NCBI GenBank assembly: GCA_002441425.1
Contig: DJWB01000001.1
Span: 15,087 to 79,086, forward strand
Direction: 5' to 3'
Source: Patescibacteria group bacterium UBA6241
GTDB taxonomy: Bacteria > Patescibacteriota > Minisyncoccia > Phycocordibacterales > Phycocordibacteraceae
Length of the DNA: 64,000 bases
The notes under the pieces were generated by a model. That model saw only the letters and a list, made by a program, of their open reading frames with translations. It made no database searches and was not told where the DNA came from. Positions 39,694 to 50,482 of this stretch are shown here, piece by piece. Each line of letters starts with the position of its first letter. Positions within the stretch are counted from its first letter, which is position 1. A program made the position numbers and the translations under genes.

Positions 39694-40005
39694 ATGCTTA
39701 AAGACGCCCAGAAACAAATTGATGACTGGGCACAGGGATTTAAGGATCCGTACTGGCCACCGCTCGCACAGCTTGCTGCACTCACTGAAGAAGTTGGGGA
39801 AGTTGCTCGTCTCCTAAACCACATGTACGGGCCCAAGCAAAAGAAAGCAGAGGAAGCTGCGCAAGAACTTGGAGAGGAGATCGCAGACGTCATGTTTGCT
39901 GCTATGTGCCTTGCAAACAGACATGGAATAGATCTGGACGCTGAGTTCGCAAAGAAGATGGACAAGTGCTACGGACGAGACAAGGATAGGTTTGAAAAGA
40001 AGTAA
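39694..40005 (+). CDS. MazG-like nucleotide pyrophosphohydrolase (YpjD-like)
   Basis: LTEEVGEVAR, EEIADV, RDKDR. Confidence 0.9.
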   Translation: MLKDAQKQIDDWAQGFKDPYWPPLAQLAALTEEVGEVARLLNHMYGPKQKKAEEAAQELGEEIADVMFAAMCLANRHGIDLDAEFAKKMDKCYGRDKDRFEKK

Positions 40006-40027
40006 GAACATAACCGTCTATATAGCT

Positions 40028-40921
40028 ATGGCTGATTTGTATCAAGAGAGATCGCATAACGTGTTCAAGACCTACCTACTCATGGGAGTGTTCTTGATTG
40101 TAGTTATTGCCATTGGATGGGCAGTCTCTTGGTACTACAACTCCCCTGCTATTTTGTACGGAGCTGTTATCTTCTCAGTGCTCATGAATGTGGGGAGCTA
40201 CTGGTTCTCAGACAAAATAGCGCTCTCAATGAATGGGGCGCACCCTGCAACTCGTGAAGAGCATTTTGATCTCTATACCGTTACGGAGAATCTCTCAATA
40301 ACAGCGGGGATGGCTATGCCGAAGTTGTATGTGATAGAGGATCCAGCGCCGAATGCGTTTGCTACCGGAAGGGATGAGAAGCATGCAGTTGTTGCCGCAA
40401 CAACAGGACTTTTGTCTTTGCTTACGCGTGCAGAACTTGAGGGAGTTATCGCGCACGAGCTCTCACACATTCGCAACAAAGACATGCTGGTTATGACCGT
40501 TGCTGTAGTGCTTGCGGGCTTCATCGCCATAATTGCTGACATCTTCCTTCGCATGTCTTTGTTTGGAGGCGGGGACAGAGGAGACAACAAGAACGGAGCA
40601 CTCTTTTTGGTGCTTGCGCTTGTTGCGGCAATCCTGGCTCCCCTTGCAGCACAGTTGATCCAGATGGCTATCTCACGCCGTAGAGAGTTTCTTGCAGATT
40701 CTTCTGGTGCACTCCTTACGAGATACCCAGAGGGACTTGCCTCCGCACTTCAGAAGATTAGCGGGTACGCGCAGCCCATGAAGCGCGCAAATCATGCAAC
40801 AGCACACCTGTTCATCGGAAATCCCTTTGGAAACCAGGCAGGTAAGTTTATGAATCGCATGTTCTCAACGCATCCTCCTGTTGAAGAGCGCGTTGAAGCA
40901 TTGCTTGGAAAGGGCGCGTAG
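40028..40921 (+). CDS. htpX: Zinc metalloprotease HtpX (M48)
   Basis: PNAFATG, HELSH, SRRREFLAD, STHPP. Confidence 0.95.
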   Translation: MADLYQERSHNVFKTYLLMGVFLIVVIAIGWAVSWYYNSPAILYGAVIFSVLMNVGSYWFSDKIALSMNGAHPATREEHFDLYTVTENLSITAGMAMPKLYVIEDPAPNAFATGRDEKHAVVAATTGLLSLLTRAELEGVIAHELSHIRNKDMLVMTVAVVLAGFIAIIADIFLRMSLFGGGDRGDNKNGALFLVLALVAAILAPLAAQLIQMAISRRREFLADSSGALLTRYPEGLASALQKISGYAQPMKRANHATAHLFIGNPFGNQAGKFMNRMFSTHPPVEERVEALLGKGA

Positions 40922-40954
40922 CGAACAGGAATTCGTGGTATAACAGCCACGCAC

Positions 40955-41041
40955 GGAGGCGTCGCATAGTGGTCTAGTGCACCGCCTTGGAAAGGCGGCA
41001 GGCCTGAAAGGGTCTCGAGAGTTCGAATCTCTCCGCCTCCG
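40955..41041 (+). tRNA. tRNA-Ser(GGA), CCA not encoded
   Basis: GGAGGCG/CGCCTCC acceptor stem, CCGCC-tt-GGA-aa-GGCGG, long variable arm, GTTCGAATC. Confidence 0.96.
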
Positions 41042-41090
41042 CACTAAAAACCTGTTATCGGCAGACCCGAGTGCCTGATATAATGGTCAT

Positions 41091-41615
41091 ATGGTATCGG
41101 CTTTCGTTATATCTCAAATATTGGTGGGAGGGGCACTGGTTTTGAACCTACTCTCCTTCCAATTCAAGAGGCGAGTGGTCGTCATTACACTACTCGCTCT
41201 CTCGACAGCTCTTGTCGCAGGCCAACTTTATTTCCTCGGACAAGCAACTGCTGCCCTCCTCGTTCTCTACGCTGTTGTCTATTTTCTTGTAAGTCTCAAG
41301 ACTATCGATCGCCGCGTAATGGCCTTGTTTATGCTTGGTGCGGTGGCGATATTCGTCACGCGCTACTCGTCTTGGCTCGACTGGTTCATGGTTGTCTCAA
41401 GTCTTCTTACTCTGCTTTCCTTGTACAACCCAAGTCAGAAGCGAATGCGTGAGTTCCAATTCGCAGGAACTTCCGTCCGTATCGCGTATTACAGTATTTT
41501 GTTCTCACCTGTCGGCATTCTCCTTGAAGTCGCCTTGCTCATTTCCAATATAACGAGTTATTGGCGTTTTTATGTAAAAAGTCAGCCGACCCACAGACCT
41601 CGGCAGGTTCCATAG
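41091..41615 (+). CDS. YgjV-family inner membrane protein
   Basis: ISQILVG..LLSFQFKRR, YFLGQATAA; hydrophobic. Confidence 0.75.
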   Translation: MVSAFVISQILVGGALVLNLLSFQFKRRVVVITLLALSTALVAGQLYFLGQATAALLVLYAVVYFLVSLKTIDRRVMALFMLGAVAIFVTRYSSWLDWFMVVSSLLTLLSLYNPSQKRMREFQFAGTSVRIAYYSILFSPVGILLEVALLISNITSYWRFYVKSQPTHRPRQVP

Positions 41616-41751
41616 AAATGCCCCAGAATACCCTTGTGGGGTCTCACCGCTCTGGTACTGAACCCGACTGTCCCGCCTGAAGTGCTTAGTATCGGAAGAG
41701 TTCGCCATAACCTATCTTGTTGAAGACCACACTTAATGGGATAATAAATGT

Positions 41752-42213
41752 GTGTCCAGGTATTTTCAAAACAAGCAACTTTGGCGATGGATAGGTCTCA
41801 TTCTCGTGGGAGGACTAGTCTTGGTGTCATGGTGGGCAGGGTGGTTTCAAATTGTTTTCTATATTTTGGGGTTGTATGCGGCCGTTTATATAATTTCCTA
41901 TCTTTTTAGGACTACTGCAGTAATAGGTTTCCTGCTCGCGATTGGGGGAACGATTTTGTATATAGGATCACTGCTGCTCGGTCTTTACCTACTTTGGCAA
42001 ATTTTAACGATGATGTTCACTGGAAGCTTTCTACTAGGTTTTCTTTTTCTGTTACTTCTTGGAGCATTTGGTAGTTTCGTACCAATGGCAGTCGGCATGA
42101 CCCTAGGCTACCCTCTATTGTTCATATCAGAAGATATTGAAAGGAGATTCCCTTCGGTTGAATCACCCCAACCTAAAAAAGTTGAGTTTACAGAAATAGA
42201 AACAGGGGAATAA
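41752..42213 (+). CDS. AT-rich hypothetical membrane protein
   Basis: GTG start after TAATAA; about 4 TM helices. Confidence 0.6.
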   Translation: MSRYFQNKQLWRWIGLILVGGLVLVSWWAGWFQIVFYILGLYAAVYIISYLFRTTAVIGFLLAIGGTILYIGSLLLGLYLLWQILTMMFTGSFLLGFLFLLLLGAFGSFVPMAVGMTLGYPLLFISEDIERRFPSVESPQPKKVEFTEIETGE

Positions 42214-42214
42214 A

Positions 42215-42559
42215 ATGACAATAAGCAAAAGAAAAAATACCGTACTGTTAGCTGCAGTTATTTTTCTTTTCCTCGCCTTATTTGATGGGTGGCAGTATGG
42301 ATTTTTTACTATGCTGCGCTTCGTTGTTTTTGCAGCGACTGCGTATGTTGCCTGGTTAGCCTATAAGGGGCAAAAAGAGAAATGGGTTTGGGTTTTTGGA
42401 TTTATTGCTGTGCTTTTTAATCCTCTCATCCCTATATACCTCAATCGTGAAACTTGGACGACGATCGATCTTATCGTAGGTCTATTTCTATTACTATCAA
42501 TACATTTCTTTAAACTGAAAGAAGAAATAACTTTAGGTACTTCTTCAAGCAATACCTAG
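42215..42559 (+). CDS. DUF6804-like membrane protein
   Basis: YGFFTMLRFVV, AVLFNPLIPIYL.R..W..ID. Confidence 0.75.
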   Translation: MTISKRKNTVLLAAVIFLFLALFDGWQYGFFTMLRFVVFAATAYVAWLAYKGQKEKWVWVFGFIAVLFNPLIPIYLNRETWTTIDLIVGLFLLLSIHFFKLKEEITLGTSSSNT

Positions 42560-43155
42560 TCCCTTTTCTTAAGTGTCTCGTACACATGCTCCCCAAGCTG
42601 AAACTTCTGTTGAAGCCCTTGAACAGATCCAGCTTCAAACCATTCTGAACTGAGGTCCAAAGCAACAGGATCTTCGCTACGATATGTATTCCAACCCAAA
42701 AGAAGCGTTGCGCCTGGCTTCATAATCTTAGCCATAGCTTTAAATGCTTCTCGCTGTCCTTCAGCAGTATTGATACCCCATCCAAATACGCCATTGCAGA
42801 ACACAACATCAAATTCATTCGTAGGGAACAACTGGTCTGCCTTAGTTAAGTCTCCTATTACATGACGTCCTGGATTCCCCCAGCGAGCCTGGTCTGCTTC
42901 TAGCTCAAGTGTCCAGCAAGTGCCCTCATTCTTTTCTAGAAGTTTTGAATATGTGCGTGTGTACCGCTCACACCCAACCCACAACATGGTGCCGCCATTC
43001 TTTGCGAACAAGGGAAGTATCTTCTTAACTAGAAAGACGCGATCCGGACTGCGCATTGCCCAGAAATACCCGAAGAGTTTCTTCTGCATCTTCTTTGGAA
43101 GAAGAGCAACTGACTTTTTGAAGAGGGTACGGAAAGGTTTCGTAAGGGATTCCAT
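42556..43155 (-). CDS. Class I SAM-dependent methyltransferase-like protein
   Basis: LWVGC, FDVVFCNGVFGWG, KPGATLLLGWN. Confidence 0.75.
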   Translation of the reverse strand: MESLTKPFRTLFKKSVALLPKKMQKKLFGYFWAMRSPDRVFLVKKILPLFAKNGGTMLWVGCERYTRTYSKLLEKNEGTCWTLELEADQARWGNPGRHVIGDLTKADQLFPTNEFDVVFCNGVFGWGINTAEGQREAFKAMAKIMKPGATLLLGWNTYRSEDPVALDLSSEWFEAGSVQGLQQKFQLGEHVYETLKKRD

Positions 43156-43241
43156 ATTGCAAAAGTATTCGCTATTTACGAGCCTGGAGCAAGTTCCGTG
43201 TGTGTTTTGGGAGATGTACAAATACAGCTACAATATAAGGT

Positions 43242-43685
43242 ATGAACAAGATAGCTCTCGCCCTCCTCATAGGCACAGGATTAGTTCTTGCTGGAATATT
43301 CTATGCAACGAAAGCGTACGCACCTATTGAGGAGACTCCACAGCAAGCAGAAGAGAACTTTACGTATGAAGTTGTAGATACAGATGCAACACGTGAGCAA
43401 GGACTGAGTGGGAGAACGAGCATCCCAGAAAACTATGGAATGCTCTTTGTGTTTCCAAAGAAAGACCTGCACGGCTTTTGGATGAAAGACATGCAGTTTG
43501 CAATAGATATGATCTGGATCAATGAAGAGGGAATTATTGTAGGAATAGAAAGGGGAGCAACACCTGAATCTTTCCCGCAATCCTTCTTCCCTCCTGAACC
43601 AGTTCCTTATGTGCTTGAAACCGTGCCCGGAGAAGCAGAAAGACAGGGCTGGAGTGTTGGGACACAGCTTGTATTGCCACTCTAG
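43242..43685 (+). CDS. DUF192 domain protein
   Basis: REQGLSGR, GMLFVF, FWMKDMQFAIDMIWI, YVLE. Confidence 0.92.
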   Translation: MNKIALALLIGTGLVLAGIFYATKAYAPIEETPQQAEENFTYEVVDTDATREQGLSGRTSIPENYGMLFVFPKKDLHGFWMKDMQFAIDMIWINEEGIIVGIERGATPESFPQSFFPPEPVPYVLETVPGEAERQGWSVGTQLVLPL

Positions 43686-43719
43686 CGAATATAGCCATAT
43701 CGTGGCATAATCTTTATGG

Positions 43720-44047
43720 ACCGGTCCAGACGGTTGCTCTTGCGTGTTTACACGCTGGAGAGGAAAGTCCGAACACAGGCAGCATCTGCTGCAGACAGGT
43801 AGCGGGTAACGCCCGTCCGCCGAAAGGCGCGAGGTGCGAACAGAAACGCTCAATTCCGAAAGGATAGAGACTCTTTCAAAGAGTGTCCTGAAGGCGACTT
43901 CAGGCTGAAACGGCTAAATCCTTACCCCTGTGCAAGGCCGTGCCCGTCATTGTGCGGGAGCGCCGCTTGAGGGTGTTGGTAACAACACTCCCAGATAGAT
44001 AACCATCCTCTTCTTTGAAGGGACAGAATTCGGCTTATCGGACCGGT
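43720..44047 (+). ncRNA. rnpB: RNase P RNA (bacterial type A-like)
   Basis: P1 ACCGGTCC/GGACCGGT; GAGGAAAGTCCGAA and ACAGAATTCGGCTTA P4 halves; GGTAAC loops; terminator at 44061-44090. Confidence 0.95.
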
Positions 44048-44176
44048 ATCCATCATTCGTGCAAAACCCGCCCTAACCGGCGGGTTTTGCCTATGTATGT
44101 CCCCACCTTTATAGAGGGGTGCTCATGCGTGCGCGGTATACTGAGGATATTACCAGGGCCGTTTTTAATTATATCT

Positions 44177-46603
44177 ATGCACGAGAATTCAACTGGAGTA
44201 CGACCAGCACGCACAAAGCGTCTGTCATTTGATGTTGCCACAAGCTGGGCAGCAGTGCTCACGCTTGCACTAGGCGTTGTAGCGTTTATCCCTGTCATTA
44301 CTATTCCGTTTCTGTATACGAAAGTAACGATCATTGCACTTGGTGCACTCGTTACGCTTGCGCTCTTCATCCTTGCGCGACTTACACGTGGAAATGTTAT
44401 TGTGCCGCCGCTTCCTCTTCTAGGAGCGCTCTGGCTTGTACCACTTGCATACCTCCTCTCATCTCTATTCTCAGGAGTAGGTATTCAGAATGGATTCTTT
44501 GGTACGGAGCTTGAGACAGATACCTTTGGATTTGTCTTAATCCTCGCTGCGCTCGCAACGCTGACGGCCCTCGCGTTCCGCCGCACACAAAGCTACCAGA
44601 CCTTCTTTAAGGTTGGGTCTATTGTCTTTGGAATTACGCTAGTTGCGCAGGCGTTAATTCTTATCGTTGGCCGCATTGCGCCTAACTTCATTTCTCCAAC
44701 AACTAACCTCATAGGTTCATTCTCTGACTTTGGTATGTTCGTTGGTCTTGGAGTTGTGTTGAGCTTGCTCGCCATTCGCTTGCTTCCTGTTACTGGACGC
44801 AACCGCACCCTTCTTCTCGTAGGGGGAGGTATTGGATTGCTCATGCTTGCACTCGTGAATTCAACACTCGTGTGGTCACTCGTGGCGCTTGTATCACTTG
44901 CGCTCTTTATTGAAGCCATTATGCGTCGTCGCCCGAGTGCTGATGATTCAGATCTAGATGGCGTTGCGCTTATGCTCGCGGAAACAGATTCTGAGGATGA
45001 TGCAGGTTCTTCTCGCTCTCTAGCAGCACCGCTTGCCACACTCGCTATCTCCCTCTTCTTCCTCATTGGAGGATCTACGATAGGGAATGCGCTCGTTACT
45101 GCACTTGGAACGAACGTTATTGATGTACGTCCATCATGGCAGTCCACCTTTGAAATTGGAGGACACACCTACGCATCTTCACCACTCTTTGGTTCTGGTC
45201 CTGGAACCTTCGGATCTCAGTGGACACAGTTCAAGGATCGTAGTCTGAACGACACCATCTTCTGGAACATAGACTTCACTTCTGGTATTGGATTTATTCC
45301 TTCATCATTCGTAACAACAGGTCTCGTTGGAGCTCTTGCATGGATTGGATTCATTGGGCTCTTCCTCTTCTTTGGTCTTCGTATGCTTTTGCTGCGTTTG
45401 CCACAGGACCCATTCATCCGCTTTGTATCTGCAGCATCCTTTACCGGTATGGTGTACGTGATTGCGCTCGCCATATTCAACGTGCCAGGTCCGCTTGTCT
45501 TGCTCGCTGGATTCTTGCTCGCAGGTTTGTTTGTGTCCTCAACAAGGTACGGCACACATGCACGTGAATGGGGAGTTATCTTCGCACGCAGTCCTCGCAT
45601 TGGATTCATCATCGTGTTTGCACTTACCCTGCTCTTGCTCGCATCTATCGTTGCTGCGTATGTAGTTATTGAGCGCTACCTTGCAAGCGTTGCGTACACA
45701 GAAGCAACAGCTGCACTCTCAGCTGGAAATCTAGCAGAGGCAGAGGCAGATATCTCTCGCTCAATTCTCTTTGCTCCTTCAGATCGTGCATATCAACTCG
45801 CTGCAGGTATTGGAATTGCACGCATGAATACTATTGCGTCTGACGCATCTCTTGCTGCAGCAGATGCGCAGCAGCAGTTCCAGCAGGCACTCTCAGGAAG
45901 TATTGAGGCTGCACTCACTGCAACACGCCTTGGCCCAAACAACTACCAGAACTGGGCAATCCTTGGAAACGTGTATCAGACCGTTGTGCCGCTTAACATT
46001 GAAGGAGCATATGACAATGCTAAGGCAGCGTACGACAAAGCGGTTGCACTAAACCCAACGAACCCTACATTGCCATTCGTACTTGCTCAGCTTGAGATTG
46101 CGAACGAGAATCCTGAGGCAGCAGGAGAGAACCTTATGCAGGCAATTAACCTTAAGCGTGATTACACGGAAGCTATCTTCCTCCTCTCACAGCTTGAGGT
46201 TCAGCAGGGACGTGCACGAGAGGCGCTAGAAGCAGCACAGGCAGCAGCGTACTTTGCGCCAAACGATCCTGTTATTCTCTTCCAGGTTGGTATCTTGCGC
46301 TCAGCAAACGGAGACAACCCAGGAGCTATTCAGGCACTTGCACGTTCTGTTGAACTCAATCCTCAGTACGCAAACGCTCGTTTCTTCCTCGGCGTTATGT
46401 ACGGTATTAGTGGCCAGTACGATCGTGCTATTGCAGAACTTGAGGCAGTTGCAGCACTCTCTCCAGAGAACGGAGAGGCAATTGCAGCAGACCTTGCAGC
46501 ACTTCGTCAGGGAAGGAATCCATTCCCACCGTCTCGTCTTGGAGCATTGGGAATTCCACAGGGCTCTCTTAACGAGTCTGCAACTAATCCGACCGGACAG
46601 TAG
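44177..46603 (+). CDS. Polytopic membrane protein (O-antigen ligase-like region) with C-terminal TPR repeats
   Basis: About 12 TM helices, PLFGSGPGTF, TPR pattern A..LNP. Confidence 0.8.
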   Translation: MHENSTGVRPARTKRLSFDVATSWAAVLTLALGVVAFIPVITIPFLYTKVTIIALGALVTLALFILARLTRGNVIVPPLPLLGALWLVPLAYLLSSLFSGVGIQNGFFGTELETDTFGFVLILAALATLTALAFRRTQSYQTFFKVGSIVFGITLVAQALILIVGRIAPNFISPTTNLIGSFSDFGMFVGLGVVLSLLAIRLLPVTGRNRTLLLVGGGIGLLMLALVNSTLVWSLVALVSLALFIEAIMRRRPSADDSDLDGVALMLAETDSEDDAGSSRSLAAPLATLAISLFFLIGGSTIGNALVTALGTNVIDVRPSWQSTFEIGGHTYASSPLFGSGPGTFGSQWTQFKDRSLNDTIFWNIDFTSGIGFIPSSFVTTGLVGALAWIGFIGLFLFFGLRMLLLRLPQDPFIRFVSAASFTGMVYVIALAIFNVPGPLVLLAGFLLAGLFVSSTRYGTHAREWGVIFARSPRIGFIIVFALTLLLLASIVAAYVVIERYLASVAYTEATAALSAGNLAEAEADISRSILFAPSDRAYQLAAGIGIARMNTIASDASLAAADAQQQFQQALSGSIEAALTATRLGPNNYQNWAILGNVYQTVVPLNIEGAYDNAKAAYDKAVALNPTNPTLPFVLAQLEIANENPEAAGENLMQAINLKRDYTEAIFLLSQLEVQQGRAREALEAAQAAAYFAPNDPVILFQVGILRSANGDNPGAIQALARSVELNPQYANARFFLGVMYGISGQYDRAIAELEAVAALSPENGEAIAADLAALRQGRNPFPPSRLGALGIPQGSLNESATNPTGQ

Positions 46604-46618
46604 TTCTCACGGGCGTAC

Positions 46619-48301
46619 ATGGTTCGCGCAATATTAAAAACACTTTCAGCACCGGTACGCGGCCTTCATCAGGCCGCGTACGTGCTTGCTGGGCTTACGC
46701 TTGCTTCCCAGATACTTGCACTGCTTCGCGACAGGCTCTTTGCACATAGCTTTGGAGCGAGTGAAGTCTTGGATCTGTACTATGCAGCGTTCAAGGTTCC
46801 TGATCTTGTATTTGCGCTCGTGGCATCTCTCGTATCTGCGTATGTGCTCATTCCGCGTATTGTAGGAGGAAACAAAGAGCACAACAGGCAATTACTTTCA
46901 CAAACAACATCCTTCCTTCTTATTGGAGGAGGATTCTTGTGTCTTGTGCTCGCCTTGTTTGTGCCTTCGTTTATCTTTGTGCTGTTCCCGAATGCTGCAA
47001 ACACAGAGCACTCAGAATCATTTGTATTGCTAACGAGATTGCTTCTCATTCAGCCAATACTGCTCGGTCTTTCTGGAATCGTAACGAGCGTAACGCAGGT
47101 AAGTAGAAGGTTTGTATTGTTCGCACTGTCTCCGGTTCTCTATAACTTGGGAATTATATTCGGGACGGTAGTGCTGTATCCAATCTACGGTCTTGTGGGT
47201 ATTGGAATGGGTGTGCTTTTAGGAGCACTCGCGCACCTTGCAGTGCATATCCCCGTGCTTATGCATGCAAAGCTTCTTCCGCGGCTTACGCTCCCATCCT
47301 TCACTGTATTGTGGCCTGTTGTTCGGGACTCTGTACCACGCTCTTTAGCGCTTGCGATGGGTTCTGTAACCACATTGCTTCTTACTATCCTCGCTGCACG
47401 CACCGGGGAGGGAAGCATTGCAGTGTATACGCTTGCAAGCAACTTACAGGCAGTCCCGCTTTCACTTATTGGAGCCTCGTATGCAACGGCAGCATTCCCC
47501 GTTCTTGCTGAATCTATGGAAGCAAAGAAGTACGAAGCATTTAAGTCTACGCTTTCAGCAGCAGCCCGGCACATTATCTTCTGGTCTGCGATTGTTGCAG
47601 TGCTTACTCTTGTATTGCGCGCACATCTCGTACGCATCGTACTTGGTACAGGTGCCTTTGATTGGAATGCAACAAAGTTAACTGCTGCGATTCTTGCGGT
47701 GCTTGTTTCAGCACTTATTGCGCAAGGCTTAGTCTTGCTCGCGTCTCGTGCCTTTTACGCGGCACAGAAGTCTTGGAACCCACTTATTATTCAGGCAATA
47801 GGTGCGGTTATTTCTGTCTTCTTTGCGTGGGGAGCCCTGCAATTGGCGGAAGCAATGCCCATGTTCAAGTACTTCATTGAGGCACTCTTCCGTATTGAGG
47901 ACACTGCTGGTTCTGCAATTCTTCTCATAGCGCTTGGTGCAGCACTCGGGCAGCTTGCTACAGGAGCTATTGCACTCCTTACCCTTAAGAGTGTTGCGCC
48001 TGGTGTAGCACGAAGTTTGCTCCGCCCTTTGTTTGAGGGGCTTGGAGCAGCGATTCTTGGAGGCGCTGCTACATACGGAGTGCTCTCCTTTACGGCGTCG
48101 CTGGCTCCCGCAACGACACTTCTGATCGTCTTTGCCGAAGCTGCGCTTGCTGGTATGGTGGGACTTACGGTAGCGGCAGCAGTTCTTGCCCTTCTTGCCA
48201 ATCAAGAATTCAAAGATCTCGTTGCCTCTCTGCGGCGTTTGAAACTAGGGACCGCACTTAAGCCATCTGGCCCAGTGCTCTCAGATCGTTCAGACGCGTA
48301 G
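46619..48301 (+). CDS. murJ: Lipid II flippase MurJ
   Basis: LALLRDRLFAHSFG, YYAAFKVPD, SPVLYNLGII, RAFYA. Confidence 0.9.
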   Translation: MVRAILKTLSAPVRGLHQAAYVLAGLTLASQILALLRDRLFAHSFGASEVLDLYYAAFKVPDLVFALVASLVSAYVLIPRIVGGNKEHNRQLLSQTTSFLLIGGGFLCLVLALFVPSFIFVLFPNAANTEHSESFVLLTRLLLIQPILLGLSGIVTSVTQVSRRFVLFALSPVLYNLGIIFGTVVLYPIYGLVGIGMGVLLGALAHLAVHIPVLMHAKLLPRLTLPSFTVLWPVVRDSVPRSLALAMGSVTTLLLTILAARTGEGSIAVYTLASNLQAVPLSLIGASYATAAFPVLAESMEAKKYEAFKSTLSAAARHIIFWSAIVAVLTLVLRAHLVRIVLGTGAFDWNATKLTAAILAVLVSALIAQGLVLLASRAFYAAQKSWNPLIIQAIGAVISVFFAWGALQLAEAMPMFKYFIEALFRIEDTAGSAILLIALGAALGQLATGAIALLTLKSVAPGVARSLLRPLFEGLGAAILGGAATYGVLSFTASLAPATTLLIVFAEAALAGMVGLTVAAAVLALLANQEFKDLVASLRRLKLGTALKPSGPVLSDRSDA

Positions 48302-48307
48302 TACGCC

Positions 48308-50098
48308 ATGAACATACGAAACTTCAGCATCATCGCCCATATTGACCATGGGAAGTCTACTCTCGCAGATAGGCTTCTTGAGCGTACCGGAACTATTGAA
48401 GCGCGAAAGATGCGTGATCAGGTTCTGGACAAGATGGACTTGGAGCGTGAGCGCGGCATCACTATTAAGATGCAGCCTGCGCGCATGCAGTACCGTGCTA
48501 AAGACGGAACTGCATACATTCTTAATCTCATTGATACACCTGGGCACATTGATTTTGCCTATGAAGTGTCTAGAGCACTTTCAGCGGTTGAGGGAGTTAT
48601 TCTTCTCGTTGATTCAACTCAAGGAATTCAAGCGCAGACACTTACAACACTCGGCATGGCACGCAGTGCGGGGTGTGTGATTATTCCAGTTCTTTCCAAG
48701 ATTGATGCACCTGCAGCGAGAGTTGAGGACGTAACGCTTGAGCTCGCAGAACTTTTAAATATTGAACCTGAGACTGTGCTTGCAGTATCGGGACGCACTG
48801 GAGAGGGAGTTGAAGAGCTTCTTGAAGCAGTTATTGCACGTGTGCCTGCTCCGCGCGCAAGCGAAGCAGGAGATTCTCGTGCGCTTATTTTTGATTTCTC
48901 TTTCACTCCACATCGCGGCATTGCAGTCTTTGCGCGCGTGTTTGATGGCACGTTTAAGAAAGGAGATGTGCTGCGTTTTGCTGCAGCTGAGCAGAAGTTC
49001 ACCGCGCTTGAGACAGGTATTTTCATGCCAGACGAACTGCAGACTGAGAGCCTGTCTGCAGGAGAAATTGGTTATATCGTAACGGGAGTTAAGGAGGCCG
49101 GAGTGGTTGCGGTTGGAGACACGATCCTCACCGATAAAGGCCCTCGGAAGGCCCTGGGAGGCTTTGAGAGGCCACGTCCGGTGGTATGGGCCTCTGTATA
49201 CCCTGAGAGCCAGGATGACCTTACAGAGCTTCGTCAGTCCTTGGAGCGTTTGCGCCTTTCTGATTCATCTCTTTCCTTTGAAGAGGAATCTTCAGGAGTA
49301 TTGGGTCGCGGATTCCGCTGCGGGTTCCTTGGCATGCTGCACCTAGAAATTGTGACTGAAAGACTCAAGAGAGAATTCAATCTATCTCTCATAGTTACCA
49401 TTCCAACAATTGCCTACATTGTTACGGCAAAGAATGGCAAGCGTGAGACGGTGTACACACCATCTAAGTTTCCTGCGTTCGGAGACATCCAAGCAATTGA
49501 GGAGCCGTGGGTAAAAGTGGTGCTCATAACACCAGCAGAGACACTCTCTTCAATGATCCAACTTTTCCATGACCATGAGGGAGCGGTGATGGATACAGAA
49601 ACACACATGGATGGCCGCATTGAACTTGCTGCTGAGATGCCGCTGAGAGAGCTTATGCGAGGATTCTTTGACAAGGTTAAGAATGCTTCCTCCGGCTATG
49701 CATCACTCTCCTACGAATTCCTTGATGAGCGACCTGCAGACGTGGTGAAGCTTGAGATCTATGTAGCTGAAGAGCCAGTACCCGCATTTGCCCGCGTGGT
49801 ATCTCGGAGACGCGTTGAGGAGGAGGGGCAACGTATGGTTGAGAAGCTTGAAAAGATACTTCCAAGGCAAATGTTCGTACTTAAGATTCAGGCACATGCC
49901 CTTGGTCGCATTATTGCGTCTAAGTCTATTTCAGCACTGCGTAAGGACGTAACCGGATACCTCTATGGAGGAGATATTACTCGTAAGATGAAACTTCTAG
50001 AAAAGCAGAAGAAAGGAAAGAAGCGCCGTGGAGAGCACGCAAAGATGGACATCCCACAGGATGTATTCATGAAGATGGTGCAGGATAGCGATCGCTAG
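48308..50098 (+). CDS. lepA: Elongation factor 4
   Basis: HIDHGKSTLADR, GFRCGFLGMLH, YGGDITRKMKLLEKQK. Confidence 0.98.
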   Translation: MNIRNFSIIAHIDHGKSTLADRLLERTGTIEARKMRDQVLDKMDLERERGITIKMQPARMQYRAKDGTAYILNLIDTPGHIDFAYEVSRALSAVEGVILLVDSTQGIQAQTLTTLGMARSAGCVIIPVLSKIDAPAARVEDVTLELAELLNIEPETVLAVSGRTGEGVEELLEAVIARVPAPRASEAGDSRALIFDFSFTPHRGIAVFARVFDGTFKKGDVLRFAAAEQKFTALETGIFMPDELQTESLSAGEIGYIVTGVKEAGVVAVGDTILTDKGPRKALGGFERPRPVVWASVYPESQDDLTELRQSLERLRLSDSSLSFEEESSGVLGRGFRCGFLGMLHLEIVTERLKREFNLSLIVTIPTIAYIVTAKNGKRETVYTPSKFPAFGDIQAIEEPWVKVVLITPAETLSSMIQLFHDHEGAVMDTETHMDGRIELAAEMPLRELMRGFFDKVKNASSGYASLSYEFLDERPADVVKLEIYVAEEPVPAFARVVSRRRVEEEGQRMVEKLEKILPRQMFVLKIQAHALGRIIASKSISALRKDVTGYLYGGDITRKMKLLEKQKKGKKRRGEHAKMDIPQDVFMKMVQDSDR

Positions 50099-50115
50099 TT
50101 GGTATACTGAGAGGA

Positions 50116-50478
50116 ATGCCACGCAAAGCAACGAAGCAAAGAGTTGGACAGTATGCACTGGCGGCCCTGCTTGCGCTGCTGTTGCTGTGGCTTATGTTTT
50201 TAGTGTGGGGAATTGCGCGAAAGGAAGAGATTGCTCGCAAGGCTGTTAATGATCGGAAAGCTGAGCTTGCACTCCTTACAGAACGCCAAGGAATTCTACA
50301 GCAAAACATAGACGAGCTTTCAACAATGCGCGGGCATGAAGCAACACTCCGACAGACCTACGGAGTAGCTCGCCCGGGAGAGGAGGTGATTATCGTAGTT
50401 CCTCCAAAGGAGGTGCCAGTCGTTGAAGAGAAGCGTTGGTATGAAAAGCTTTTTGAAGGGGTAATGTTTTGGAAATAA
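50116..50478 (+). CDS. FtsB/DivIC-like septum formation initiator
   Basis: TM, coiled coil, R..YGVARPGEEVI. Confidence 0.7.
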   Translation: MPRKATKQRVGQYALAALLALLLLWLMFLVWGIARKEEIARKAVNDRKAELALLTERQGILQQNIDELSTMRGHEATLRQTYGVARPGEEVIIVVPPKEVPVVEEKRWYEKLFEGVMFWK

Positions 50479-50482
50479 TTGT

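Noticed and set aside
41505-41708. 67-aa minus-strand ORF
   Set aside because: Overlaps the YgjV-like gene; no recognisable motif or signals
44015-44176. N-terminal extension of the TPR membrane protein in the ORF track
   Set aside because: Overlaps RNase P RNA and its terminator; 44177 is the better start
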